A stretch of 64,000 bases of DNA from Eledone cirrhosa (lineage: Eukaryota), in assembly GCA_964016885.1 (NCBI GenBank), contig OZ024740.1:338830001-338894000 (forward strand), given 5' to 3'. The position numbers and the translations under genes are program-made. Position 1 is the stretch's first letter. Each line of letters opens with the position of its first letter. Below, one piece after another: positions 40,941 to 54,435 of this stretch. The notes under the pieces were generated by a model. It saw nothing but the letters and a program-made list of their open reading frames with translations, ran no database searches and had not been told where the DNA came from.

Positions 40941-42784
40941 CCATGAGGATTTTTAAATGAATATCAACTACGTTGATGCCATTCGTCAAGAAGTATAATA
41001 TGTCCTGGTCTGACTAACTAAAGGAAAATATATAGAAAAATAAAGAATGATTTTTTTTTCATCTGAAATTAATTTTTTTCTCATTTAAACCATTTCAATG
41101 TATCTTTTATAGTATAACATGTCTGTGTCATTGCAATAATTGGGAATAAGTTTTTCATTGCACCATCTTTGTAGTGAAATCTAGTCTGAGTCAACAAACA
41201 GTTCCTTATAACGGTCACTTGGTATAAACATAGTAAGTTGACAGGGTGACAGAAAGAGAGATGGAGACAGAAAAGGGGAATACAGAGAGAGTAGGAGAGT
41301 ATCAGAGCCAGAGGGGATGTTAATTCAATTAGGGTGAAGGGGAGGAACAGGAAGAAACCAAGAGATCAAATGATTTGATTAATGAAAGTATATGTATGGG
41401 AAGGCATTCGTGATATACCTGAAAGAGAACTATAATAATTGTGAACATCTTTATTGGCTTAAGCTAGTATAGTTACAGGAGGGTGGTGGGGATTTGGTAG
41501 GAAAGAGCCAGGATAGATGAACATTACACTAGTCTAGCATTTCAATGGGTTCTGAGCTCAAATCACGTATGTGACATTATTTTTAATTACTCTAATCTCA
41601 AAGTAATCATGGATTTTTAAATTTTGTAATTGTTTGGTCTAAGGTTGTGTCCGTAGCCTTCGAATCCAACCGAGATTGGTGAAATCAACGTAGTTGATGT
41701 TCCTTGCTAAATTTGTTTCTATCATCTCAACCTAGATTAAACACGGTGGTCGCCATGGTTGGTTCCTTAATAAATAGCAAATTGTTTTTTGTAAAGAAAT
41801 ATTCTGGAAACAAAAATATTGGTTTTCATGTCACAAGTTAATATATAACAGCGATTTCTTTTGTCTATGAAAAGTAGAAGGGCAAATATAATGTAATGTT
41901 AATACATTTCAGGACATTTCAATGGGAGGAATTCATTTCAAATTAAGGAACAGTTGTTATACTATCAGTGATACCTTCTACAATGGTGACATATAATACC
42001 ACTTTCTAGCTCCTCATTACAGCTAGTTGGTCAATTAAATAGGGATAATAGTCAATTAGATAACATATCGTATTAAGATAATGCACTGATTCTGTTCCCC
42101 TAAATAAGTGGTTTTCATTATTGTTTAGCCCAAAGTCAGCCATAATAGAGAAATCGTGATTAAAAGTGTTACAGCCGTGAGCATCCCATCTTCTTTAAGG
42201 CATAGTTTACCCCAGATTTCTTTATCGAATGTGCCTTTTCTTATTTTAAGATGTTAGATTGTTTGCTATTTCTAGCAAATCAGTCTTATGAATGAAATTG
42301 GTTAGACGGAAACTGTTTGGATGCCCATCGAATGGACTGTATTTGCAATTTAAAGGATCGACAATGTTACACACCGTGTCACGTCAAATCTCTGTGAGAA
42401 TTAAGTTAAGGGTACACTTATCTGTGGAATACTCAGCTACTTAGAAGCTAATTTCATGAGCAGGCCGCTCCGTTGATCGAACGACTGGAATTCAAATCTT
42501 TGAAATCGACGGTGATTTATTCCATTCCATTTCTATAGAGGGTTAGTGGAATGTGTGAGAAGTGCTGGCATGAGAGTGACTCTAGGCGTTGGAGGACGTT
42601 CAGATCGAAGGTTATGAAAAATTTCCAAAACCCTTGGTATGACAGTCTTATAGTGGGCTACTACCAATTCGAGACAAGCTCTACAGGCACAGAAGTGCCA
42701 ACTGCCGAACCTGTCTGAAATAGAAAAAAAAGCAACAAAACCGTCCGTCCATTAAATATTTGTAGACTTGTGTCGAATAGCTGC

Positions 42785-43170
42785 AATTACGTTCTGAGTT
42801 CAAATCCCACCAAAATTAGCTTTGCAGTTCATCTATACGAGGTCGATAAAATAAAGTATCAGTTTAGTACTTGGGTTGATTTAATCGACTTTACCATCCA
42901 CTAAAAATGCTGGACTTGTGCCTAAATCAGAAATCATTATTAGTATTATTATTACTAGGGCGACAGATATTGGAAGAGCGTTGGACACTATGCTTTGTAG
43001 CATAGAGTCTGTGGCTCTTTACGTTCTCAGTTCAAATCCCGCCGTGGTTAGCTTTGCTTTTCATCCTTACGGGGTCGAGAGAATAATGTACCAGTAACGC
43101 ACTGGGATCGATTTAATCGAATTTTCCCTCCCCTAGAACTGCTGGCCATGTGCCTAAATCAGGAACCATT
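42785..43170 (+). mobile_element. Two tandem diverged tRNA SINEs
   Basis: (G/C)AGTTCAAATCCC and (G/T)TTCATC...GGTCGA bodies at ~42795 and ~43028. Confidence 0.75.
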
Positions 43171-43381
43171 TTTACAAACATAGAGACCCTACAGTCAACG
43201 TAATAAATTTGGACCATGACTCGAGCTACATGCCGGCGAAACATTTGTAACACGAAATAAACTAAGTCCAGATGCATCACTGATTTTTCGTTATCTTGAT
43301 AATATCTACACTCTACTCTGATGAATATCGAGTGCTAATTTTGGCATACCCCCTACGGAAGCAACATAGCTACCACTATAC

Positions 43382-43460
<79 letters not shown>

Positions 43461-43793
43461 TATATATAAGTTAAAGTGTACTTCTACATATGTATACGGA
43501 AGTACTAGTATGCATATAAATACACATATGTATACATATGTACATGTACCGAGCTTTTCACTAGACACTTTACAGTGAGTGTCCAGCTAGTCTGTATGTA
43601 AACACACAGACGAACCGGGTTTTAAAGTCATACGGGTTTTCAAGGAAACACACTTCCTCTATTCTCCAGAGAGCCAGACAGGAATATTGGACTAGTTTCG
43701 ATGTTATTACATCTCATCAACAATATATACCTATCTTCTGGCTTCTCCGGAGAATTGTAAAAGCACATATCGTTATATGCTTTTTCTATGAAA

Positions 43794-44067
43794 ATCAGTA
43801 GTGGGCAGACTAATTTGCATAGAACGTGAGTCATTGTACGCGCCGGTTCAGCGGAAACGATAAAAACATATAACGAAACGAAATTAAATTTCGTTTCGCT
43901 TCTAACTCACTTTTGTATGACTTAATTGTTTAAGCGTCAGTCATACAAAAGTGAGTTAGAAGCGAAACGAAATTTAATTTCGTTTCGTTATTTGTTTTTA
44001 TCGTTTCCGCTGAACCGGCGCGTACAATGACTCACGTTCTATGCAAATTAGTCTGCCCACTACTGAT
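43794..44067. repeat. Near-perfect 274-bp palindrome (129-bp arms, 16-bp spacer)
   Basis: 43794-43922 is the reverse complement of 43939-44067, with one mismatch seen. Confidence 0.95.
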
Positions 44068-44414
44068 ATATCATACATATAAAAAATACTTTACCAATAC
44101 AACCCCCATAATACTCTTGATTGCCCGCTTAAAGTGATTGTATTACATATAACACCCTGCCGCACTATAATCTTATATAAATAAGACACACGTGCATGCC
44201 CCACGTGTAACTATTGCATACACTAACTACTTCAAACTATCCTCTTGCTTTATCTTCGTAAACTGCCAATGTTATATTTTAACTTTAATTTTGTTTTCTT
44301 TAATATGACTTTAATCTTTGAATGTAAATTGCCATGCTAAAATATTATAATGGATGTTTCTGTATGTCTCTTGTGTTGAAAAGGAGGTCATGTATGTAAA
44401 CAATCATTGAAAAA

Positions 44415-44464
44415 TTACTCTGAAGACTACAAACCTCGGTTTGGAAGAAACAATTGTAAGCGAA
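44415..44464 (+). ncRNA. Type I hammerhead ribozyme motif
   Basis: ACT-CTGAAGA-CTACAAACC-TC-GGTTTGGAA-GAA-ACAATTGT-A-AG: palindrome ACAATTGT, GUA site. Confidence 0.7.
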
Positions 44465-44711
44465 TAAATGATTTAAACAGAACTTTGATTCATGTAATTT
44501 CTATATAACTGCTCTGTAGAACAACTGATGTTATTACATTGAGCTATTTATCTTACTGGTAATAAGGTAGTAATAAATTACTGTCTTTCACTATTTGGGG
44601 TTTAATATATATATAACTATAAAAGGTTTTAGTATATACATAACCATAAATAGTATCCTTAATATTATATATATATATATAAGATCAAAAGATGGTTAAA
44701 AGAGTTCCAAG

Positions 44712-44783
44712 TATTTTATTATGCGCATTTCAAAAAGCAAATATCATCATGAGATGATATCTGCGTTTGCATCAGATAAAATA
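44712..44783 (-). ncRNA. HHR-like motif (inverted copy of 45333-45404)
   Basis: Reverse complement of the 45333 motif, inside a ~113-bp inverted repeat. Confidence 0.55.
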
Positions 44784-45332
44784 GGGATACATGATACATA
44801 TTAAATTACATAAAAACAAACTTAAACACTAACTAATTCCTCTAAATTCATAACTCATCCACACTTCTACTTCTTATCACATTATATCCTTAATAACATT
44901 AATATTTTTATTTTAATAATACATATTAACAATTTCTTTTCCTCGCACATATTATTAAACCCTTCAATATACAAATCTTAATTTAATATTATTCTTAACC
45001 CCTTTTTCTCTTCATCAACTTTTAATTTCAAATTCTTTTAAATTATCTATTATCTTCCAACGGCTTTTTAACTTCTGAGACAATATATATTTTTTTCTCA
45101 GTTGTAAAGGCTATCTCTCTCTCTCTCTATCACCCATCTCTGCTCCTCTCTCATCCTTCCTTCTTATACTCCTCCCCCAGCATTCTTTACTCTCATCTCC
45201 TCCTCTTCCCTACCCTTTCCAACCCCCCTCACCTTTTCTCAATATCACACATCAATCTTAAATTATTTTTCATATGTTGATTTAAAACTTCACTATTCAC
45301 AAGTGCTTTTTAACCTTCATATCATGTATCCC

Positions 45333-45404
45333 TATTTTATCTGATGCAAATGCAGATATCATCTCATGATGATATTTGCTTTTTGAAATGCGCATAATAA
45401 AATA
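45333..45404 (+). ncRNA. HHR-like motif with A9-to-C core variant
   Basis: TATTTTAT-CTGATGC-long stem II (GCAGATATCATC/GATGATATTTGC)-GAA-ATGCGCAT-A-ATAAAATA; 8-bp stem I. Confidence 0.55.
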
Positions 45405-45451
45405 CTTGGAACTCTTTTAACCATCTTTTGATATTATATATATATATATAT

Positions 45452-48400
45452 ATAACTTTGATAACTTTGATAGGTTTCGGCCAGTATTGGCACAGGCCAT
45501 GTCTAACTTAATAGCAACATCTGGCGAAGTCTTACAAATCAGTGTTTGGGCACCATAGCCCACTCGAGCAGAGAGTTATTGTTTACGGAGGCATATCCGT
45601 GTGTAGGAGGCTTATCCGGGATTTCTTGAAGGAATTTATCCAAAGACTTCTTGAACTTGATGGGGTCTGTCTCTGCTTTGATATGTTTTGGTGTAATGTT
45701 TAAAGAGTGCAGGGCCAATTGAGGCGAAATAATCGTGTTGTATTGTTGTTATGTGATGCGAGTGGGTTTTTGTTCTGGGCGGATAGCACGGGGCCCAAGC
45801 CTTGGGTGTACACTAAAGATGATGCCAACATCATTTGAGCTTAGCTGATGGAATATTTTCCACATTATACAGATAATGTAGCGCTCACGGCGACGTTGAA
45901 GAGAATAAAGTTTGAGCTTTTCTAATTGACCCCAATAGTCAAGGCTTGTCATGCCAACTATCTTTTTTGTAATTGACCTTTGGAGTGCTTCAACTTTCAT
46001 GATACTTTGTTTCGTGTGGGGTGACTACAGTGGACAACAGTATTCAAGGTGGGGTCGGGCAAAAGTGGAGAAGAGAAGGACAACAGTGTGGATATCTCTC
46101 GACTGGAAAGTTCTGAGAATCCAGGAACACATTCTGCGGGCCATATCAACTTTGCTGTTTATATGAGTGGCCCAGCTTATATTGTTGTCCACAATTACTC
46201 TCATGTCTATGATGTTATTGGAAGCCACCAGGGTTTCACCCGAAGGAAGAGAGTGTGGTAGTTTCAAAGCATCCTTTTTTCGAAAGTGGATTAGTTCAAA
46301 TTTATTCTCATTCAACAGCATATTATTCATTTCTGCCCATTGGATAACAGCCAGTAGGTCTGACTGAAGGCAAGTCCGGTCACCCACCTCATTGATGACC
46401 CTTTGGAGCTTGGAATCATCTGCGAAGATTCTGATGTTACTGTGTTTGATGATATCAATAATGTCATTAATGTAGATAATGAAAAGAAGTGGGCCCAACA
46501 CAGTGCTTTGTGGGACGCCACTGCGGACTTTGGCAGGGCTTGATTTTACTTCTTCGACTACAACATGCTGGGTTCTGCCTGTCAGGAAACATTTGATCCA
46601 CTGTAGTTACCTTCCAGAGACACCAACATTGGATAGTTTTTTCAGTAGAATCTTATGATCAACCCTGTCGAAAGCCTTGCTGAAATTAAGGTAGATGACA
46701 TCAGTGTTGGAACCCTCTCCCAAGGCTCTCAAAACATCGTCAAAGTGATGCAGGAGCTGCGTTAAGCAGTCCCTTCCATTACGGAACCCATGTTGGTTAG
46801 AGTTCAGCAGGCCGTTGCTTTCAAGAAAGTGGGTTGTTCGTGATCTCACCACCCTCTCAAATACCTTGATAATATGAAAGGTGAGTGAGATCGGACTGTA
46901 GTTCACTGCTAGGGACTTATTTCCCTTTTTGAAGACTGGGACAACGGACTGGGACAGAAAGTTTTCAGGAATATAGCCAGTGTCCAGTGAGTTCCCCCAC
47001 AGATTAGCAAGAGGAGTTGCAAGTTGGTGTCGACACACCTTCAGGACACAAGCAGGGAACCCGTCGGGGCCTACTGCTGAATTGTGTTTAATTTCGTTTA
47101 TTGCCGCTAAGACATCAGGGGCGCCAAACGTTGTCTGATATAGTGTGTTAGGGGTTAATATCACTGATACAGCCCAGATCGGCCATATCAGGGTTGCTGA
47201 AACCAGAGCAGTATTGTTTCTGCAGTATCTCGCCCATGGTTTTTGCATTGTCCTGGAGTGTTCCATTTTCATTAACTACGGGGCCAACAGTGGAGACGGT
47301 GACCTTGTGTTTTTAGCGAATGAGAAGAACACTTTGGGGTTGAGTTTTATTTTCTCAATGGCCCACCTCTCTTCAGCTATTCTCTGGTTATTGATGATGG
47401 TCATCATGCATTGCTGGAGGTTATATGTTTTTGACTCAAGCAGGCTGATAGCCATTGAATGTGTGCGTTGCTGTTGGCAGTATTTTAGTGTGTTAAATTT
47501 TTTGTTTGTTCTTTTTATTTTTCTGATAATTGTTTTTCTGTTTTGGGGGATACTGCACTTGGTTTTTTTCACAGGTTTTGGTGGGGTGTGTTTTGTACAT
47601 ATATTTGTGAGAGTGTCTACAAAGATTTGCCAAGATGTTTTGATGTTGGTGGAAGTGTGTGCGTGCGTGAAAGACCAGTCGACATGTGATAGTTCGTTCA
47701 TAATTACATCCCAGTTGGCATTGTAGAGATCCATGTTATCAAATGGATGGGCTGGAGAGAGGACCCTGGGATTAGCTTTCGGCTGGTGGAATCTCAGGTT
47801 ACAAAGACCATGTCATGGTCTGAGAGAAGGGTTTTTTCCACTGTAATATTATGTATAGTGTTAGTGTGGTTACTAAACACTCGATCCAGAATGTTCTTTT
47901 GATGCCTCGATGGTGCAAGGACAAGTTGTGAGAAGTCATGAAGTCAAGAAGTGACTCGACAACCTCTTTGTCACTGGTTGAGGCTGTGGAGCCTGGTTTC
48001 AAATTACATGTAGACCAATCGACACAGGGTAGATTAAAGTCTCCCATCAAAAGTATGTTGCTAGAATGGCACTGTTTAATAAAGCATTTAATACTGTTGA
48101 GGCACTCTTTGAAACAGATTATGGGTGTTTGTGGTGGCCTATAGAGCCCAACTAATGTCAGGTCATTGGCTTTATTGTGCACAGTGACTGATTCACAGTA
48201 ACCATTAGAGAATGTTGTGTTGCCATCTGCCGTAAAGGAATCATGCAGGAAAATGACAGTTCCACCCTTCCTTCTGCCAACACGATCCGCACGGAGGGTT
48301 GTGAAATTTATCACTCTTACTTCGGCCTCCAAGTGGGAGTTGTCAAGGTGGGTCTCAGTAAGAATGGAGAAGGGGATGTGAAATGGATGGTTACCAACCC

Positions 48401-49010
48401 AATCTTCAATGAATTGGATCTCCATTTCTGTGCATTGATGGATGGGCTGATACCTTGTGTATTGAGTAAGAATGTGGAGGCTAGTGTGGTGGCTGGTTTT
48501 GACTGTTGCAGGGGGCTTATTTTGTGATTGTGTGTTAGTGACAGCAAGGTTGGTGTTGGGTGATGGCTAAAATGTTTTTCTCTATCTCTTTTGCCAGGTT
48601 CATGGCTAAAAAAGAATTTTATTTTGTTCAGGGAGCAGTTTTTGATTAGATTTGTGGTTTCAACATTGGATAGGGTTACAGTTCTCTCTTTTGTTGTTGT
48701 TGTTGTATTTGTTGTAATTGTGTCTTTGTGAAAAGACTGGAGCAGCGTTATTTTTCTTGTTGTTGTATTTGTTGTTGTTGTGATCGTGTCTTTGTGACAA
48801 GACTGGAGCAGCATTGTTGTTGTAATCATGTATTTGTGAGGAGACTGGAGCAGCATTCCCGCACAGGGGGTGGCTTTATTGTGGTTTGTGGGTTGGCATG
48901 AAGCCCCTTTTCTGTTCGTGCGTTGTGTCCCAGGAAGATGAGTGAAGGGGCAGTCAGTCAGCAGACATAGCCTCTCACGTTGGGAATGTTGGCAGATTTT
49001 GGGACTGCGA
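45452..49010 (-). mobile_element. Decayed CR1-group LINE (ORF1 remnant, APE, RT, 3' tail)
   Basis: ILTETHL, LLMGDFNLP (APE); IYLNFSKAFDRVDH, LGPLLFIIYIND, FADDSKL, RPHLEYC, YSLQRRRERY (RT); 3' hairpin plus (ATCAAAGTT)2 tail; Cys/His remnant at ~48930-49000. Confidence 0.9.
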
Positions 49011-49737
49011 CCTATACAGAGAAAGAGGAAAGACTGTTATAAGGAGCGAAATATCACGATAAATTAACGGAGCATAGACTCTCGCTATTCCCTGTCATTA
49101 ATGTGCCCAAAGGAGAAGGAATCCCGAGCCATTTATAATACAATATGTAGAGAAGATAACACACTTGAGAGAGAGATGGTGCGACATCAGTCAAACAGGG
49201 AAAAACCTGGTTTTTACATATTGTATTATAAAGTGTTCGGGATTCCAGGGAATGGCGAGAGTCTATGCTCCGTTAATTTATCGTGATATTTCGCTCCTTA
49301 TAACAGTCTTTCCTCTCTCTCTGTTTCGTTCAGCTCACTTCTCTGAGTGGTTTGGGCTGCCCTTTCTAGCAGCTCGTCCCTCAGAGACCACTGATTACTG
49401 CCCTAGGCACGCTGTAAATTCTCTCTACCACGTGTGGCTGGACGGTCCCTTCAGATTCTCTTAGTTTTGTCTGAAATGTATGGCCTTACACACGCTGATG
49501 AACCATGGGTTAATCATTTCTCTCAACAACTTATTTGGTGAAACAGATCTTTTTGGATTTGTACGTGTGTGTTAGATAGTTATCAAGGTATGTATTTACA
49601 CTTTAATTTATACTTTTAATTATTGTGTGTCTACTCTGCCTTCCATGGGCTATAGATTCCATACACTGGTGGTTTTTCCCTGTTTGACTGATGGGGCACT
49701 ATCTCTCTCTCTAGTGTGTTATCTTTTCTACATATTG

Positions 49738-49786
<49 letters not shown>

Positions 49787-49867
49787 CATATACATATCTA
49801 CATACGTACACATACATACACGCGCGTACGCACACACACATACTACACACACACATACACACATATA

Positions 49868-50773
49868 TGCTATGCCCTCTGACCACCTCCCAGCACAAAC
49901 AGACCACAGCACTCCCACTGCTGACCACTTCCTGTTGCGCGCGCACCCCACATCTCTCCTCTTCCGACCATCGCTTCATGGAATACCCACACGCAGAAAT
50001 TGACCAACAACCAATCCACTAAACATCTTCGGAATTTACCAACTTTTCAACCATCCTCTTACGTAATCACCTATATAACTCACCCACACACACCCCCAAA
50101 ACATTTTTTCTCCACACGCCACCTACACCCACAACACGCTTAAACCCCACACACACGTATTTTCCACCACATATTTACACCCTCAGCCTCCTGATTCCTC
50201 TCCCCCACCCCTCTATCCATACACGCACAGACACTCCGACCCACAAACCCCCCCACACATACACCTCTTCCTGAACATGCAACCCCGTTCTTCCCCCAAC
50301 CCTTACTTTCACATACACACACACACACACACACACGCACACCTACACACACACACAACCTTCAGCCCTCCCCGCTCGGACACCCGTCTCCCTCTCCCCA
50401 CTCCACCCGCCACCACCCCTACACACCCCACATCCTTCCACCACCTGTTTACCCCCTTTTAATTTCAGTTTATTTTGATCATGCCTTTATTTTTAAATTT
50501 ATCTCATTCCTTGTATTTTGATCATGCTTTATTTTTATTTTTATCTTTATTCTTTATTTTTTATTTTTTCATTCGCACCGTTTCCTTTCGCTATATGTCT
50601 CTCCACCACTCCCCTACACACCCTTTGAACTCTGTTCCCACACACTTCCCACCTGAGGAAGGGCTTATGCCCGAAACGTCGTCCCCCACCAACACCCCAC
50701 TCTCCAGAGCGTGAAATTAATAAACATTCGTTGTACTGCCTCTCTGTTTTGTCCCTGTTCAAATTTTTCCATT
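49868..50773 (+). mobile_element. PLE 3'/pLTR-like element with HHR; copy 1
   Basis: Homologous in inverted orientation to ~54834-55731; C/A-rich; contains the HHR at 50651. Confidence 0.7.
50651..50682 (+). ncRNA. Minimal HHR motif
   Basis: AC-CTGAGGA-AGGGC-TTAT-GCCC-GAA-ACGT-C-GT: palindrome ACGT, GUC site, very short stem I. Confidence 0.65.
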
Positions 50774-50784
50774 ATATATATATA

Positions 50785-50870
50785 TATATATATAAAGTTG
50801 TATTCCTGTCTGTTTGTTTGTTTGTTTGTTTGTTCACGAACTACTCCTATGGTTTTGGAGATAGACCCCC
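50785..50870 (+). mobile_element. Helitron-like 5' remnant
   Basis: TATATAAAG...(TGTT)n-CACGAACTACTC resembles the 5' ends of non-autonomous Helitrons. Confidence 0.35.
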
Positions 50871-51113
50871 CCCCCCCCATAACCATATATATTCTGAAAC
50901 TACATTGCACGGGGAACTTGGATAAGTACTTACTACTTACAGCTATGTCCCATATCAGTAAGTAGTTATTTCTCTTTGTTTTATTTTGTGTGTGTATTTT
51001 GTCCAACGTCCGTTGTTTTTTTATCCAAATAGCTATCCTTGGATAACTCTGTGGTTTCTATTGATGCATTGGTGGTAAATAGCCTTGTCTTATAAAGCAT
51101 CCCAAACTATAAT

Positions 51114-51298
51114 TATTTCTACTTTTGGCACAAGGCCAGCAATTACCCAGTGCATTACTGGTACTTTATTTTATCGACCCCGTAAGGATGAAAAGCAAAG
51201 TTAATCTCGGCGGGATTTGAACTCCGAATGGCAAGGGCCGTAACTCTATGCGTCAAAGCATGGCGTCCGACCCTCTACGGATACTGCCAATCCACTGC
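51114..51298 (-). mobile_element. tRNA SINE with 16-bp TSD
   Basis: Full-length copy of the 18611 family; TSD CATCCCAAACTATAAT at 51098-51113 and 51299-51314. Confidence 0.9.
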
Positions 51299-51434
51299 CA
51301 TCCCAAACTATAATGATCCCAAGAAAGACAAACATTGAGCAGGAATTGTGCATGTACTTATTTCTTCCACATTTTCTGTTTTCTATATTTCTTCCACGTG
51401 TTTTTAATGGTATTTTCACTGTAATCACACACCC

Positions 51435-51990
51435 TTATGAATGTAGGCGGGATGCCGCTAGAATTGGTTGAGGACTTCTTGTATCTGGGAGCAAAGATTG
51501 GAAACACAGAGGGTGATGTGGTTGAGAGGAAGAGCAAAGCCATCCTCTCAACCACATCATCGTAAAGACCTGAAGATCCGTCTCTTCCTTGCTACAGTGG
51601 AGTCTGTGCTGCTGTACGGGTCTGAGACTTGGACACTGACCAAGAAACTAACTCAGATGGTGGATGGATGCTACACGAGAATGCTGAGGGTGGCTCTGAA
51701 CATTAATCAGTATACACTAAGGATAAAGAACTCAGAGTTGTACGGGAGCCTCCAAAAAGTCAGCTCGAAAGTAGCACAGAGGAGACTGAGTTTAGCTGAA
51801 CATGCTCACCGACATCAGTACTCCATTGGAAGCCCCTGCACGGACACACTAGAAGAGAGAGACCGAGGTTGACATATGTTGATGCCCTGAGGACAGACAC
51901 CGGTCTCTTGGAGACGCAGGACATGGCAGCGATGATGAGGAACAGAGACCGCTGGAGAGAACTCGTCAATGGATCTCGTGAATTTTACCC
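51435..51990 (+). mobile_element. RTE-like LINE 3' fragment
   Basis: KIRLFLATVESVLLYGSETWTLTK...YTRMLRVALNI and MRNRDRWRELV. Confidence 0.8.
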
Positions 51991-52778
51991 GCCCTATATA
52001 TATATATACACACACACACACATATATATATATAAATATATATATATGCATACATATATATACACACACACAAAAGAATCAATGGAAACAATCTTCTTTC
52101 ATCGAATAATTGTTTTTAATCTCTTACAAATATTTCGAATGAACTGTCACCTCGAATTATTCAGATGTTGTTGGAAAATATATCTTACATCTTCATCAAT
52201 AGAATAGATATGAATTTCGGATCACAACTTCACCCTCTTTAGAGAGAAAAAGAAAGTCAGTCGCGATGATTAATCACTGAAAATATTTTTTTAACTTTAT
52301 CGTAGGACATCTTAAATAATTTTTCATCATAAGGACCAAGAGAATATACATTGAATTACATTTTTTTCAAGTTTTGTTAAATTCCCGAATATCATATATT
52401 GTTATATTTGAGGATTGTCATGTTGCCAATGTTGCCAATAGAAAGAAACACACGCACCACATATTTTCCCTTTATCTTTAACTTTATTGATCGTTATTCA
52501 TTCGTCAACGTTCGTTCATTAACACACACAAGGCATATATATTGAAAAACTCAAATACGAAAACAGATAAAGGTAGGTGAAGAAATGTTTACAGCTCAAA
52601 ATATGAGATTTGTTACAGTAAACTATTCAGAAGGCTACAAACAAGATTTAATTGTATGAACTCCTTAATAAAAATGATTAAGTAGACCCATAGAGCAAAT
52701 ATTACATAGAAAACAAGACCAAATGCTGTTAATTATATCATATTGTAATTAAAATATGATATTTGGTCTTATTTTCAA

Positions 52779-52830
<52 letters not shown>

Positions 52831-53190
52831 ATGTGTGTATGTGTACGCATACATATATATGTATATATATATGTGTGTATGTGTATACATAAAAATAAAT
52901 TTGATTTCAAATGCAAAAAAATGGAGGTGCAGGTGAAAACGTTATATCAGCTAAAAATCCGATAACTTATTATAATAAACTGTACACACGACTACATATA
53001 ATTATTATATTTTTAATGTATATGAACCCCTACTGTGTTAGATTATTCAAACGAAGAGCAAGCTACCCATTAAAATAAGTTACCAAACACTATTATTTTT
53101 GTCATAATTTAACTTACAATTGTTTCATCCTCGAAATAAATTAAAATTAAATTATGATGCAAATAATAGTGTTTGGTAACATATTTTAAT

Positions 53191-53229
<39 letters not shown>

Positions 53230-53547
53230 AGAAATAAGATTTCGCTTCAAGCATAGCTTTATACAATTTGTATAAATATTTCGTATCTCCAAAGAAATAC
53301 GGTTTTAAGAAGCCGTAACTATGCAAACACCGGGGGGGGGGGATTAACGCCCCCTGATGATGTCCAGCAGAAGCAAGGGGGACAACCGTCTATGCATTTC
53401 AGGCTTAATTGTATAAAGCTATGCTTGAATGCGAAATCCTATTTCTTTTTTATTATAAGTTGAGCCAACTTATGCAGCTACATATGCAAATGAGATTAAT
53501 ATATTCTGACCTGTCTTCTAGTCCAGCAGTCGCAAGCGGTGGGAGGG

Positions 53548-53591
53548 ACCGTCCTGACGAAGGCCAGTTAAGCCTGAAATGCAAAGACGGT
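53548..53591 (+). ncRNA. HHR motif (cleavage triplet mutated)
   Basis: ACCGTC-CTGACGA-AGGC-CAGTTAA-GCCT-GAA-ATGCAA-A-GACGGT; the inverted half-copy at 53385-53408 retains ATGCAT-A. Confidence 0.7.
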
Positions 53592-53697
53592 TGTCCCCTT
53601 TGCTTCTGTTGGACATCACCAGAGGGCGATAGTCCCCCCCCCCCCCCGGTGTTTGCATAGCTACGGCTTCCTAAAACCGTATTTCTTTGGAGATACG

Positions 53698-53765
<68 letters not shown>

Positions 53766-54338
53766 ATAAAACGTAGGTTACTAAAAATAGCAGCCAGATT
53801 CACTCGACATGTAAAAAGCTTGACAAAATTCTAGGAGCTGAGTTTATCAAAAGTATATATTTAATTAAAAACTCACAATAGTCCCTTATAATTAAAATAG
53901 CTCAAGGAAAATAAATGTCCGAGCCTTAGAAATGGAGGCCGTACAAGCAACACCTACTAATTATAGCAGCTGTCTCTAGACTCTACTGTTTTTTGTTGGT
54001 TTTTTTTATTCATTTCTCACTATCTAATTTTATATATTTTCTTTATATCTCTTTCTATTATTTTTTATTGTCTCCTACTCTCATTTGACTTACCTATTCT
54101 ATTACTTCCTTCCTCCATTTTCTCCAGAACAATTTTCCGACTTTTTATAAACTATCCTTAGAATCTGCTGTATAGATTTCACTTTCAACGATTGACCGGC
54201 TCCACTCACTCCCTCATTGTTCTACAGGCAAGTTCAGCCACCCCTACCTCCCACCAATTACCTTGACAGACTTATTTGAGTTTACAACAAATTTTAACCA
54301 ATCCTCTTGACAACTACAATCTTCCCATATAAGGAAGT

Positions 54339-54435
54339 ACCCCTTGACAAGTTCGGCTATTTATTTACCGGGCTAAAAATTCTAATTCAGTCCAAAAATA
54401 GCCGTCGAAACGGCTTGAGCTCTGCCGTCAGGGTC
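54339..54435 (+). ncRNA. Degenerate HHR with a full stem III hairpin
   Basis: ACCCC-TTGACAA-..CGGCTATTT...AAATAGCCG..-GAA-ACGGC-TTGAGCTCT-GCCGT-C-AGGGT. Confidence 0.55.

Noticed and set aside
43316-43372. HHR at CTGATGA
   Set aside because: No GAAA or stem III/NUH arrangement downstream.
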